Positions 54,301 to 62,193 of a stretch of 64,000 nucleotides of DNA are shown here, piece by piece (position 1 is the stretch's first letter; every line of letters begins with the position of its first letter). The notes below the pieces were generated by a model. The model had not been told where the DNA came from. It ran no database searches and worked only from the letters and a program-made list of their open reading frames with translations. Position numbers and translations under genes: made by a program. This DNA comes from Bacteroidales bacterium. Its GTDB lineage: Bacteria; Bacteroidota; Bacteroidia; Bacteroidales; JAADJA01. The DNA is taken from positions 3,628 to 67,627 of the forward strand of contig JADHVR010000002.1 of assembly GCA_016783885.1 (NCBI GenBank), given 5' to 3'.

Positions 54301-55777
54301 AATAGGAGAAATGAATAATGCAGATCATTCGAGTGTTTATGTAATACCTGCTGAAAATAACGGATTGATTGAATTTTCCATTGAATATGCCGATAGTTCG
54401 AGACAATGGTTAAGCGGTGTATCTGATTATGACGTTCCTTACAGCCCGCTTAATTGGATTCGATCCGGAACATACAGGGATAATAACGATGCAGCTAATG
54501 ATGATTATAATATGCCAGGCAATCCATTGGATCCGGATGAGGCTTATGAAAAGATTGTAAACGGTACCTGGGCGCCTTATTGTATGTGTGCCTATGTTGG
54601 TCAGAATATGTCAGGATGTGCTCCTGCTTTCGATGGAAATTCTAAATCTGAGAGTGGGAGATTAAAAACTATTTCCAGCATAGATATTGTCTTAACGCCG
54701 GATAAATCGAAATGGACGAGAAGTCCTGTTATTGAGATGTGTCCGGATGTTACTTTATCCGAAGGTAATGCCGATAGATTTTTATTAAGGCGTTCAGCTT
54801 CTTTAGATAAAGACGGAAATCCTGCAGAACCGGATGCTAATGTAAGTGATGATCCGGATGATCCGAATTATATTCATCCTTACGGTATGAGCTGGTTCCC
54901 CGGATATGCCATCAACCTTGAAACAGGTGAAAGGTTAAATATTATGTTTGGTGAAGATTCATGGTTAGTAGGTGAAAACGGAAGAGACATGCTTTTCAAC
55001 CCGACATCATCATATTTTGACATGCCTTCTCGAGTTCCTTTATTTGGCGGAAAGCATTATGTATATATAATGCGTAGCTGTGAAATTATAAAAACTTATG
55101 ATAATTATGCTAAAACCGATACGTTGAAATTTACTTTCCCGGCTTATGATGCAGGGAAAACATTAGTAAAATCTATTGATACTCTTCCTCCTAAACCGAG
55201 TCCTTTTAATAAGATTTATGGAAGTTTAATATATGCCAGTACAATGTACGCGGGTATTCCTTTATCGGTTGACAATGAGGAGTGGTTGTCGAATGAAGCA
55301 AGAATCAGGATAAGAATAGAGAAACCTTATGCAAGGTATTATGCAGAACCGCTTGATTCGATATATGGCGAAGGTGAAAATAAATACTACCCTTTATATA
55401 GTTTTTCAACCGAAGGAATTGCCACTACATATTTTAACCAAACGAAAGCTGAAAATGATCTCGACATGATAAATGTTGTTCCGAATCCCTATTATGCATA
55501 TTCAGAGTATGAAAGGGTTCCTTTAGATAACAGGATCAAGATTACTTACCTGCCGGAAAAATGTACGGTAACAATTTTTAATGTGAGTGGTACATTAATC
55601 AGGCAATATACAAAAGATGATCCTGTTACATTCATTGACTGGGATTTAAAAAACCACGCAGGGATACCTATTGCAGGTGGTATTTATTTGATACATGTAA
55701 AAGATGAAACTACCGGTGAAGAAAAGATTATTAAATGGTTTGGTTCATTACGAGTTGAAGACTTCAACGAATTCTAA
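51341..55777 (+). CDS. Very large secreted hypothetical protein with a T9SS type-A-like C-terminal domain
   Basis: 1478 aa with a signal peptide. I recognise no catalytic motif. Asp-rich loop DVDGDGDYDPGSGDYPYYD. C-terminal ~95 aa INVVPNPYYAYSEY...CTVTIFNVSGTLIRQYTKDD...IDWDLKNHAGIPIAGGIYLIHVKDETTGEEKIIKWFG resembles a Por/T9SS CTD. Confidence 0.7.
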   Translation: MRNIFRILFISLICLAVARLSVAREFQFGNFKSTESIKSTAAGCGAPSGFRFLHVNNVRARINTGGDMWWDLPGGIGAQYFIPANGSATSLFSGSLWIGGLDINNQLKLAGLRYRQIGQDYWTGPLTIDGTAAIDEETCSEWDKFFRTTRAEIDEFIDWFNSDNRAEDFPGYSIPNSILDYPAHGDISKGQSYYLAPFKDVDGDGDYDPGSGDYPYYDITNELCPLNYAGDPNYVPTPTMETELYYPDYFGGILVDQVLKGDENLWWIFNDKGNFHTETNGAAIGMEIRAQAFGFATNDEINNMTFYSYEIINRSTYVLTQTYFSPWVDTDLGYAWDDYVGCDVNRGLGYCYNGTPVDGGGEPEAYGEQPPAIGVDFFQGPYIDPDTCDNPAFYGDGLLGPSFDGDCSIVSFHGTEITMEYGPSDSIQTGLYKVRSEAINGVNFGNGIVDDERFGMRRFVYHNNSGGPQGDPGIAPEYYNYLRGFWKDNSRMLYGGNAHLNSGALGPECDFMFPGDTDPCNWGTAGIPPNGGFNQNGYYWTEEVTGNNPFDRRFMQSAGPFTLQPGAVNYITVGMPWARAIAGGPWASVELLRVVDDKCQALFDNCFKVINGPNAPDLTFQELDKELIVYITNSKISNNYIESYKELDPQIKAQTPDSLIGTPEAYDPYYYFEGYQIFQVKDATVTLSESRHDPDKVRLVAEFDIRNGVGQLVNFYFDQAIGANVPVVEVDGGDNGVVHSFRIFEDQFATGDRTLVNHKQYYYSVLAYGYNNFKDYDQTDPTALDGQKKPYLAGRKNIQLYTAIPHKSINGIIMNSEYGDGPQITRIEGQGNGGMVLELSEETIKEILDQPPALSVIKEITPAGDTIYNNYGDPDYPLAYNAVYKYGNGPVNIKVIDPLNVKGADYSLKFDTAFFHYTFHKVTKAEGMQSGGDTVGVNATRKWVLTDLNTGNKYVSDTSTNINYEQLFPELGISITFGPVYEPGPYKIGEMNNADHSSVYVIPAENNGLIEFSIEYADSSRQWLSGVSDYDVPYSPLNWIRSGTYRDNNDAANDDYNMPGNPLDPDEAYEKIVNGTWAPYCMCAYVGQNMSGCAPAFDGNSKSESGRLKTISSIDIVLTPDKSKWTRSPVIEMCPDVTLSEGNADRFLLRRSASLDKDGNPAEPDANVSDDPDDPNYIHPYGMSWFPGYAINLETGERLNIMFGEDSWLVGENGRDMLFNPTSSYFDMPSRVPLFGGKHYVYIMRSCEIIKTYDNYAKTDTLKFTFPAYDAGKTLVKSIDTLPPKPSPFNKIYGSLIYASTMYAGIPLSVDNEEWLSNEARIRIRIEKPYARYYAEPLDSIYGEGENKYYPLYSFSTEGIATTYFNQTKAENDLDMINVVPNPYYAYSEYERVPLDNRIKITYLPEKCTVTIFNVSGTLIRQYTKDDPVTFIDWDLKNHAGIPIAGGIYLIHVKDETTGEEKIIKWFGSLRVEDFNEF

Positions 55778-55824
55778 TATTTTTTGTGAAAGAATAATTA
55801 ATGAAACATTAAAAATATAATAGT

Positions 55825-56889
55825 ATGAAGAATTTTTATAAATACTTAGGTGTAATATTCTTAATAAGTATTATAGCGCTTCCAGTACATAAAGTCAATG
55901 CCGGTAATAAAGACAGGTCAGGTGAGGCTGGAGCGGCAGAACTTCTCATAAATCCGTGGGCACGAAGTTCGGGATGGGGTGGAGTGAATGTTGCAAATGT
56001 GCATGGATTAGAAGGAATGTTTAACAATGTTGCAGGTATTGCATTTACTCAGAAAACAGAGTTAATATTCTCTTATACGGATTGGTTGAAAGGAGCTGAT
56101 ATTAAGCTTATGTCATTTGGTATTGCTGCGAGGGTTGGCGATGCAGGTGTAATTGGTGTAAGCGTTATGTCAATGAATTTTGGTGATATTGATATAACAA
56201 CAGTTGATTTACCGGAAGGTGGCGTAGGTACTTTCTCTCCACGATATCTTAATATTGCACTTGCTTATGCAAAAGCATTCTCTAACAGCATTTACGGGGG
56301 ATTGACACTGAAAATTATTTCCGAATCAATTTCAGATGCTTCTGCTCAGGGTGTTGCAATTGACGCCGGTATTCAATATGTTGCCGGTGAGAAGGAAAAC
56401 GTTAAATTTGGTGTTTCATTAAGAAACTGGGGGCCAAAAATGAAGTTCTCAGGCGATGGATATTCATTAAAAACAATTTATTCCGGGAAAGATAATAAAT
56501 TTACAATGACACAGAGAGGTGCGGCTTTTGAATTACCTGCACAATTGAATATTGGAGTAGCCTACGACTTTTTATTCGACGAGTCGAGATTTACAATTGC
56601 AGGAAATTTTGCATCAAACTCCTTTACAAAAGACCAGTTTATTATTGGCGGGGAATACTCGTTTAAAAATTACGTATTGCTAAGAGCTGCATATTCGTAT
56701 GAAGAAGGCATTGGGAAGAAGATTGGCGATCCGGAAAGATCAAATGCAAACAAAGGATTTAGCGGAGGTTTTTCCGTTCAGGTTCCTTTAAATAAAGAAA
56801 AAGGAAGTGTTTTTGCTGTAGATTATTCATTTAGACCTACTGATCAATTTAATAATACTCATTCTATAGGGATTAGGTTTTCCTTATAA
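55825..56889 (+). CDS. PorV/PorQ-like outer-membrane beta-barrel protein
   Basis: 354 aa with a signal peptide. N-terminal GEAGAAELLINPWARSSGWGGVNVANVHGLEGMFNNVAGIAF follows the PorV/PorQ pattern (aG..fL.i...AR..gMGg......d....++NPAg+a). Alternating beta-strand pattern thereafter. Confidence 0.6.
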   Translation: MKNFYKYLGVIFLISIIALPVHKVNAGNKDRSGEAGAAELLINPWARSSGWGGVNVANVHGLEGMFNNVAGIAFTQKTELIFSYTDWLKGADIKLMSFGIAARVGDAGVIGVSVMSMNFGDIDITTVDLPEGGVGTFSPRYLNIALAYAKAFSNSIYGGLTLKIISESISDASAQGVAIDAGIQYVAGEKENVKFGVSLRNWGPKMKFSGDGYSLKTIYSGKDNKFTMTQRGAAFELPAQLNIGVAYDFLFDESRFTIAGNFASNSFTKDQFIIGGEYSFKNYVLLRAAYSYEEGIGKKIGDPERSNANKGFSGGFSVQVPLNKEKGSVFAVDYSFRPTDQFNNTHSIGIRFSL

Positions 56890-56934
56890 GGTACGGTCGG
56901 ATATTACTTTTATATAACACAGATTTAATAAAAG

Positions 56935-56960
56935 GACCCTTAATTTCAAGGGTCTTTTTA
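56935..56960 (+). terminator. Rho-independent terminator after the PorV-like gene
   Basis: GACCCTT-aatttc-AAGGGTC followed by TTTTTATATTTTTTT. Confidence 0.75.
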
Positions 56961-56985
56961 TATTTTTTTAACTGAAAGTAGTAAT

Positions 56986-57459
56986 ATGACGAAAGTTAAT
57001 TATTATACAAAAGAAGGATTACAAAACTTAAAAGACGAACTTGAGCAACTCATCAGGGTCGAAAGGCCTGCTATTTCCAAACAAATAGCTGAAGCAAGAG
57101 ATAAGGGTGATTTATCGGAGAACGCTGAATATGCTGCCGCTAAAGATACCCAGGGATTGTTGGAACTAAAAATTGCAAAACTGCATGAGTTGATAAGGAG
57201 TGCAAGAATATTTGATGAATCTAAATTAGATACTTCAAAGGTTTTACTTTTATCAACAATTAAAATTAAAAACCTGAAAAACGGAATTGAAATGACATAT
57301 ACGCTTGTTCCTGAACAGGAAGCAGATTTTAAGTCGGGTAAAATATCAGTAACCTCACCAATAGCAAGAGGGTTGCTTGGAAAACAAGTTGGCGAAACCG
57401 CTGAAATAAAAGTACCGGCAGGAATTATTACTTTTAAAATTATTGAAATAACAAGATAA
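56986..57459 (+). CDS. greA: Transcription elongation factor GreA
   Basis: 157 aa. Coiled-coil N-domain with DKGDLSENAEYAAAK. C-domain ...VSVTSPIARGLLGKQVGE. Confidence 0.95.
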   Translation: MTKVNYYTKEGLQNLKDELEQLIRVERPAISKQIAEARDKGDLSENAEYAAAKDTQGLLELKIAKLHELIRSARIFDESKLDTSKVLLLSTIKIKNLKNGIEMTYTLVPEQEADFKSGKISVTSPIARGLLGKQVGETAEIKVPAGIITFKIIEITR

Positions 57460-57866
57460 TGGCAAGCATTTTTACAAAAATTATTAATAGCGAGATTCCT
57501 TCGTATAAAGTAGCCGAGGATAACAATTATTTTGCATTCCTTGATATAAATCCTCTAACTGAAGGACATACACTTGTTGTTCCTAAAAAGGAAGTTGATT
57601 ACATCTTTGATTTGGATGAAAAAACTTATAAAGGGTTGTTTGACTTTGTTAAAAAAGTTTCCGAAGCTATTGAGAAAAGTGTAAAATGCATCAGACTTGG
57701 TATGGTTGTGTATGGATTGGATATACCTCATGCTCATATCCATTTGATACCGCTTAAAGGAACCGGAAATGATATTGATTTCAGCAAACCTAAAGTTGAA
57801 ATGACAGAGGAAGAATTTAAAACCATCGCCTCAAAAATAAATAAGGAGTTTGAAAAAATAAAATAA
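57459..57866 (+). CDS. HIT-family (histidine triad) nucleotide hydrolase
   Basis: 135 aa. IFTKIINSEIPSYKV, INPLTEGHTLVVPK and the triad HAHIHLIP. The start overlaps the greA stop (TAATG). Confidence 0.9.
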   Translation: MASIFTKIINSEIPSYKVAEDNNYFAFLDINPLTEGHTLVVPKKEVDYIFDLDEKTYKGLFDFVKKVSEAIEKSVKCIRLGMVVYGLDIPHAHIHLIPLKGTGNDIDFSKPKVEMTEEEFKTIASKINKEFEKIK

Positions 57867-57889
57867 TCTAAAATCATAAATCTAAAATT

Positions 57890-59791
57890 CTAATAGGCTC
57901 TTTCATTTCTTCCTTCTATATAGTTTATAAATGATTTGTTAACCACCTTATTTCCTCCGGGGGTCGGATAATTACCGGTAAAATACCAGTCACCTTTATG
58001 ATTTGGAATAGCCTCATGCAGGTCTTCTATGGTTTGATAAATTATTTTTACTTCTGCAATAATTTCCCTCGTAGCTAACATTTCAGCGATTTTGTCCGAA
58101 ATCTGTCCGGCAGTAAAAGGTTTATAAATCTCTATCACATAGTTAATAATTTTTTCCTTTGGTTTGTTTTCCTGCTCCTTGCATTTTTTATAAACTTCGT
58201 TAATGACATTTTGCCGGTTAGTATCCCGCAGCAATTCAATGGTTGCTCTGAAAGCAATAAAATTATTCAATTTTGTCATATCAATGCCGTAACAATCAGG
58301 ATAGCGGATTTGAGGAGCAGAGGAAGCAACAATTATTTTTTTAGGCCCTAATCTATCGAGTATTTTGATGATACTTTGTTTTAGAGTTGTGCCACGAACA
58401 ATTGAATCATCAAGAACCACTAAATTGTCAACTCCCCTTCTGATAATTCCATAGGTAACATCATATACGTGTCCCACAAGGTCATCCCGTTGATTTTCTT
58501 GTGTGATAAAGGTTCTTAGTTTAACATCTTTAACTGCGATTTTTTCAATTCTGGGTTTTAACTGTAAAATTTTATCAAGCTTTTCAGAAGTGATACTCTC
58601 TCCCAATTGAATGATTTTATCTTTTTTAACCGAATTGCAAAATAAATCAAGCTCTTCGGCAAGTCCACGGAAAGCAACCGATGCTGTGTTTGGAATATAC
58701 GAAAAAACCGTATTTTCTAAATCGTAATCAATGGCTTTCAGAATAGAAGGTGTAAGAAGTTTTCCAAGTCGCTTTCGTTCAGTGTAAATATCCTTGTCGG
58801 TTCCCCTGGAAAAATAAATTCTTTCGAAAGAGCAGGATTTATATTCTCTTTTTTCTTTACAAAGAAATTCACCTGTTCGTCCGTCTTTTCTTATTATCAG
58901 GGCATGACCGGGCTGCAAATCTTTAATTCTATCAACAGGAACATTGAAGGCAGTTTGGATAACGGGTCTTTCGGAAGCAGCCACCACCACTTCATCGTCT
59001 TTGTAATAAAAAGCCGGCCTTATTCCTGATGGGTCTCTTAAAACAAAGGCATCTCCATGACCCAGTAATCCTGCAATTGTGTAACCACCATCCCAGTTAA
59101 CGGATGATTTTTGCAAGATGCTTTGTAAGTCCAGGCTATCTGCAATTTTATCAGTGCTTTCTTTTTTTGAATAACCTTCTTTTTTAAATTGCCGGTAAAG
59201 TTTTTCATTTTCCTCATCAATGAAATGACCGATCTTTTCAAGTATGGTTATAGTATCAGATGTTTCTATGGGATATTGACCGTATTCAACCAGCTTGTTA
59301 AAAAGTTCATCAACATTTGTCATATTGAAGTTACCGGCTAAAACAAGATTTCGGGTTATCCAGTTATTTGCTCTTATAACAGGATGTAGGTTAGCAATTT
59401 CATTTTGTCCATAAGTACCATATCGAAGATGGCCGAGGAATAGTTCACCGGTAAAGTCTATATTGTTTTTCAACCATTGGACATCTTTTAATCGGTCAGG
59501 ATGTTTTTTTTGCAGTTTGATTAGCTTATTGTAAACCTTGTTGAAAATATCTTTAATCGGAGATTCTGAATTTGAGCGAATCCTGCTGATATAATTATGC
59601 CCTGGCTCCATGTCGAGCTTAATACCGGCTATACCTGCCCCATCCTGCCCCCTGTTGTGTTGCTTTTGCATTAACAGATGTAATTTGTTAAGCCCGTAAA
59701 AACCCGTGCCGTATTTCGACATGTAATACTCAAGGGGTTTTAATAAGCGAATCAGGGCAATACCGCATTCGTGTTTTATCAACTCACTCAT
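57890..59791 (-). CDS. purF: Amidophosphoribosyltransferase (long Bacteroidota-type PurF)
   Basis: 633 aa. N-terminal nucleophile context MSELIKHECGIALIRL and HNRGQDGAGIA (Ntn glutamine amidotransferase). PRTase motif LVVLDDSIVRGTT. Confidence 0.85.
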   Translation of the reverse strand: MSELIKHECGIALIRLLKPLEYYMSKYGTGFYGLNKLHLLMQKQHNRGQDGAGIAGIKLDMEPGHNYISRIRSNSESPIKDIFNKVYNKLIKLQKKHPDRLKDVQWLKNNIDFTGELFLGHLRYGTYGQNEIANLHPVIRANNWITRNLVLAGNFNMTNVDELFNKLVEYGQYPIETSDTITILEKIGHFIDEENEKLYRQFKKEGYSKKESTDKIADSLDLQSILQKSSVNWDGGYTIAGLLGHGDAFVLRDPSGIRPAFYYKDDEVVVAASERPVIQTAFNVPVDRIKDLQPGHALIIRKDGRTGEFLCKEKREYKSCSFERIYFSRGTDKDIYTERKRLGKLLTPSILKAIDYDLENTVFSYIPNTASVAFRGLAEELDLFCNSVKKDKIIQLGESITSEKLDKILQLKPRIEKIAVKDVKLRTFITQENQRDDLVGHVYDVTYGIIRRGVDNLVVLDDSIVRGTTLKQSIIKILDRLGPKKIIVASSAPQIRYPDCYGIDMTKLNNFIAFRATIELLRDTNRQNVINEVYKKCKEQENKPKEKIINYVIEIYKPFTAGQISDKIAEMLATREIIAEVKIIYQTIEDLHEAIPNHKGDWYFTGNYPTPGGNKVVNKSFINYIEGRNERAY

Positions 59792-60002
59792 TTATTTATA
59801 AATTTATCAGGCTCTTTATTTATTTTATAATAAATTCGCACTTTCTCTTAACTGCAAAAATAGTTATTAAAAAATAACAACGGCAATTAGAGAACATTAT
59901 AAAATGTTTGAGTAAAAAAAATGAAATTGGAGAATTATTGAGTTTTACTCCCGTCCCGTCCCGAAGCTTCGGGCTTCGGGATTAAATTGTAAATTTTACA
60001 TC

Positions 60003-61631
60003 ATGAAAAATTATTATTTGTTTTTAAGTATGGTATTTTTAATATCATTATCAGGGTATTCACAAATAGATAAATCGGATTGGGTTGGCGGTTATCCCGA
60101 TGGCTGCACATCAATTACAGTTGGTAAAAAAGCCAGTGTCGATGGTTCGGTGTTCACTTCACATACCGACGACAGTCACAGGACACGTTCATGGATTGAT
60201 ATTCAGCCACCTAAAGATTATAAACACGGCTCAACAACACCTATGTACAAAAGAGTTGCCTGCGACACTTTTGCCATGCCGACATACTCTCACAATATAA
60301 TCGGTGAAATTCCGCAAGTCGGGCATACTTACGGTTATATAAATACTGCCTATCCCTGCATGAATGAAAAACAACTGGCAATAGGCGAATCCACTTTCGG
60401 TGGCAGGGATTGCCTGCAATCGGATTCCGGTTTGATCGATTGCCAGCGGTTGTGTCAGCTTATGCTGGAACGTTGCTCTACTGCAAGAGGGGCCATAAAA
60501 ATGGCAGATGACCTGACTAAAAAATACGGATGGAACGATGCCGGAGAATGTCTGACCATTGCTGATAAAAATGAGGTCTGGCATTTTGAGATATTAGGCC
60601 CGGGAAAGGGAAAGGTTGGCGCTATCTGGGTTGCACAAAGAGTGCCTGATGAACACATTAGTGTAAATGCTAATGCAAGTACTATCAGGCAGATTGATTT
60701 AAATGATCCTGATTGTTTTTTGGCTTCGGGAAATATTTTTGAGATGGCAAAAGACAGCGGCTGGTGGAACCCGGACGAAAAACCATTCAGGTTTTGTTAT
60801 GCTTATGCACCGCACAGCCGTATATCTATTGCAGCCCGCAGAAGAGAATGGCGTGTATTTGATCTTTTTGCTCCCTCATTACATCTTGATCCCAATGCAG
60901 AAAATTTTCCGTTTTCTGTGAAGCCGGATACACTTGTATCTCTTGAAAAGCTGGTTTCCATATTTAAGGATTATTATGAAAGTACTCCTTATGATATGAC
61001 AAGATTGATTACTACATCAGATAAAGATGGGAAGACCATTGTTTCGCCACTTGCAAATCCATTTATGCCTTATGATCATCTGGATATTCAAAATGTTCAA
61101 GGTAGCTGGTATTCTGTGAATGATAAAACAGGTAATATCAGGTTCCTCGGAGAAAGAACCATTGCCCGATGGTACACCATGTATGCAACTATCATCCAAT
61201 GCCGCAACTGGTTGCCTGATGAAATTGGCGGTGTGGTTTGGCTGGCTATGGATAATGTGGCAACATCTATTTATATTCCGGTTTACTGCAGCGTAACCGA
61301 CCTTCCCAAGCCATATAAAACCCCCGGAAGACTGAATGGGTTTACTAATGAATCAGCATGGTGGACATTTAACCGGTTGGGAACCTTAACTGCCCAGCGC
61401 TGGGGTGATATGCGATATGATGTGGATGAAGTGTGGACTCCATGGCAGAAAGAATTATTTGAAAGACAAAAAGAAATAGAAACAAAAGCGCTTGAAATGT
61501 ATGATCAGGAAAAACCCGGTAAAACAATTTTATTTCTCACCAATTATACAAATGAATGGGGTAATAAGGTTGTTAAGAAAGCATGGGAATTGGGTGATTT
61601 CCTTTGGACAAAGTATGATGAGAAGTTTTAG
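60003..61631 (+). CDS. C69-family dipeptidase, secreted
   Basis: 542 aa with a signal peptide. N-terminal nucleophile context DGCTSITVGKKASVDGSVFTSHTDD. GESTFGGR, EVWHFEILGPG. Confidence 0.85.
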   Translation: MKNYYLFLSMVFLISLSGYSQIDKSDWVGGYPDGCTSITVGKKASVDGSVFTSHTDDSHRTRSWIDIQPPKDYKHGSTTPMYKRVACDTFAMPTYSHNIIGEIPQVGHTYGYINTAYPCMNEKQLAIGESTFGGRDCLQSDSGLIDCQRLCQLMLERCSTARGAIKMADDLTKKYGWNDAGECLTIADKNEVWHFEILGPGKGKVGAIWVAQRVPDEHISVNANASTIRQIDLNDPDCFLASGNIFEMAKDSGWWNPDEKPFRFCYAYAPHSRISIAARRREWRVFDLFAPSLHLDPNAENFPFSVKPDTLVSLEKLVSIFKDYYESTPYDMTRLITTSDKDGKTIVSPLANPFMPYDHLDIQNVQGSWYSVNDKTGNIRFLGERTIARWYTMYATIIQCRNWLPDEIGGVVWLAMDNVATSIYIPVYCSVTDLPKPYKTPGRLNGFTNESAWWTFNRLGTLTAQRWGDMRYDVDEVWTPWQKELFERQKEIETKALEMYDQEKPGKTILFLTNYTNEWGNKVVKKAWELGDFLWTKYDEKF

Positions 61632-61687
61632 ATGTGTTTTTGGTAAACATTTAAGAAATATTGATCATTTTTGTAAAAATACAAAAA

Positions 61688-61930
61688 ATGAAATATACAA
61701 TATTATATGAAAAAATTGAAGAGCAGGATTTCCCGGAGGATTATTATTATGCTTATGTTCCTTCTTTAGGTTTAACCACTCATGGATTAGGGCTTGAAGG
61801 AGCCAAAAACGCCATGAATGATTTATTAACATTATGGGTTGAGGAGAAAAAAGCAAATGGTGAAGTCATTAAGAAAGAAAATGAGTCATATATTTCTTCA
61901 ATAGAATTGGAAGATGCCTTATTCATCTAA
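61688..61930 (+). CDS. hicB: HicB-like antitoxin (UPF0150 fold, no obvious DNA-binding extension)
   Basis: 80 aa from ATG 61688. MKYTILYEKIEEQDFPEDYYYAYVPSLGLTTHGLGLEGAKNAMNDLLTLWVEEKKANGEVI follows the HicB N-domain pattern. Confidence 0.6.
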   Translation: MKYTILYEKIEEQDFPEDYYYAYVPSLGLTTHGLGLEGAKNAMNDLLTLWVEEKKANGEVIKKENESYISSIELEDALFI

Positions 61931-61982
61931 AGAAGTCCTTAGAAAATTACAGAAGGCTGGATTTGTCACCCCTGCACCTTGA
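61914..61982 (+). pseudogene. HicA-like toxin remnant (N-terminal ~17 codons only, then premature stop)
   Basis: ATG 61914 overlaps the hicB 3' end. MPYSSKEVLRKLQKAGF is the usual HicA N-terminus, but the frame stops at 61980-61982. A shifted frame gives only a weak resemblance (..VRHRDLQSNLIQKYF..) to a HicA C-terminus. Confidence 0.45.
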
Positions 61983-61999
61983 AGTTTGTAACTTCAAGG
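61977..61999. repeat. Perfect palindrome CCTTGAAGTT-tgt-AACTTCAAGG
   Basis: 10-bp arms with a 3-nt loop. Shares the AGTT-nnn-AACT core with the palindrome at 62066-62088. Sits exactly where the hicA-like frame breaks. Confidence 0.8.
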
Positions 62000-62065
62000 A
62001 CGTTAGACACCGGGATTTACAATCCAATTTAATACAAAAATATTTTGCAATTAAAAATTTCAGGT

Positions 62066-62088
62066 GGCTGCCTGCATTTCAGTTGCAA
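62066..62088. repeat. Perfect palindrome CATTTCAGTT-gca-AACTGAAATG
   Basis: 10-bp arms with a 3-nt loop, the same architecture as 61977-61999. Confidence 0.8.
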
Positions 62089-62149
62089 ACTGAAATGAGC
62101 AAAGGGGTTAATTTTTTTTAATGGATTTTAATAAGATTTTAGAAAAACA

Positions 62150-62180
62150 AAAAACCTCGATCAATTTGATCGGGGTTTTT
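62150..62180 (-). terminator. Bidirectional-looking Rho-independent terminator downstream of the repeat-protein gene
   Basis: aaaaaCCTCGATC-aattt-GATCGGGGttttt, with A-run and T-run flanks on both strands. Confidence 0.7.
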
Positions 62181-62193
62181 GCTCTAATAACTT

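Noticed and set aside
51341-55777. Possibility that the 1478-aa protein upstream of the PorV-like gene is the T9SS sortase PorU (porU-porV are adjacent in several Bacteroidota)
   Set aside because: I could not recognise a gingipain/C25-type His-Cys catalytic region by eye, and the size and flanking TonB-like gene differ from the usual porU-porV context. It is kept as hypothetical, and the possibility is listed as a refutation test.
61983-62100. Single hairpins resembling a lone CRISPR repeat or a small RNA gene
   Set aside because: There are only two non-identical palindromes with no repeat-spacer periodicity and no cas genes. I could draw no tRNA or known ncRNA structure, so they are reported only as palindromes.
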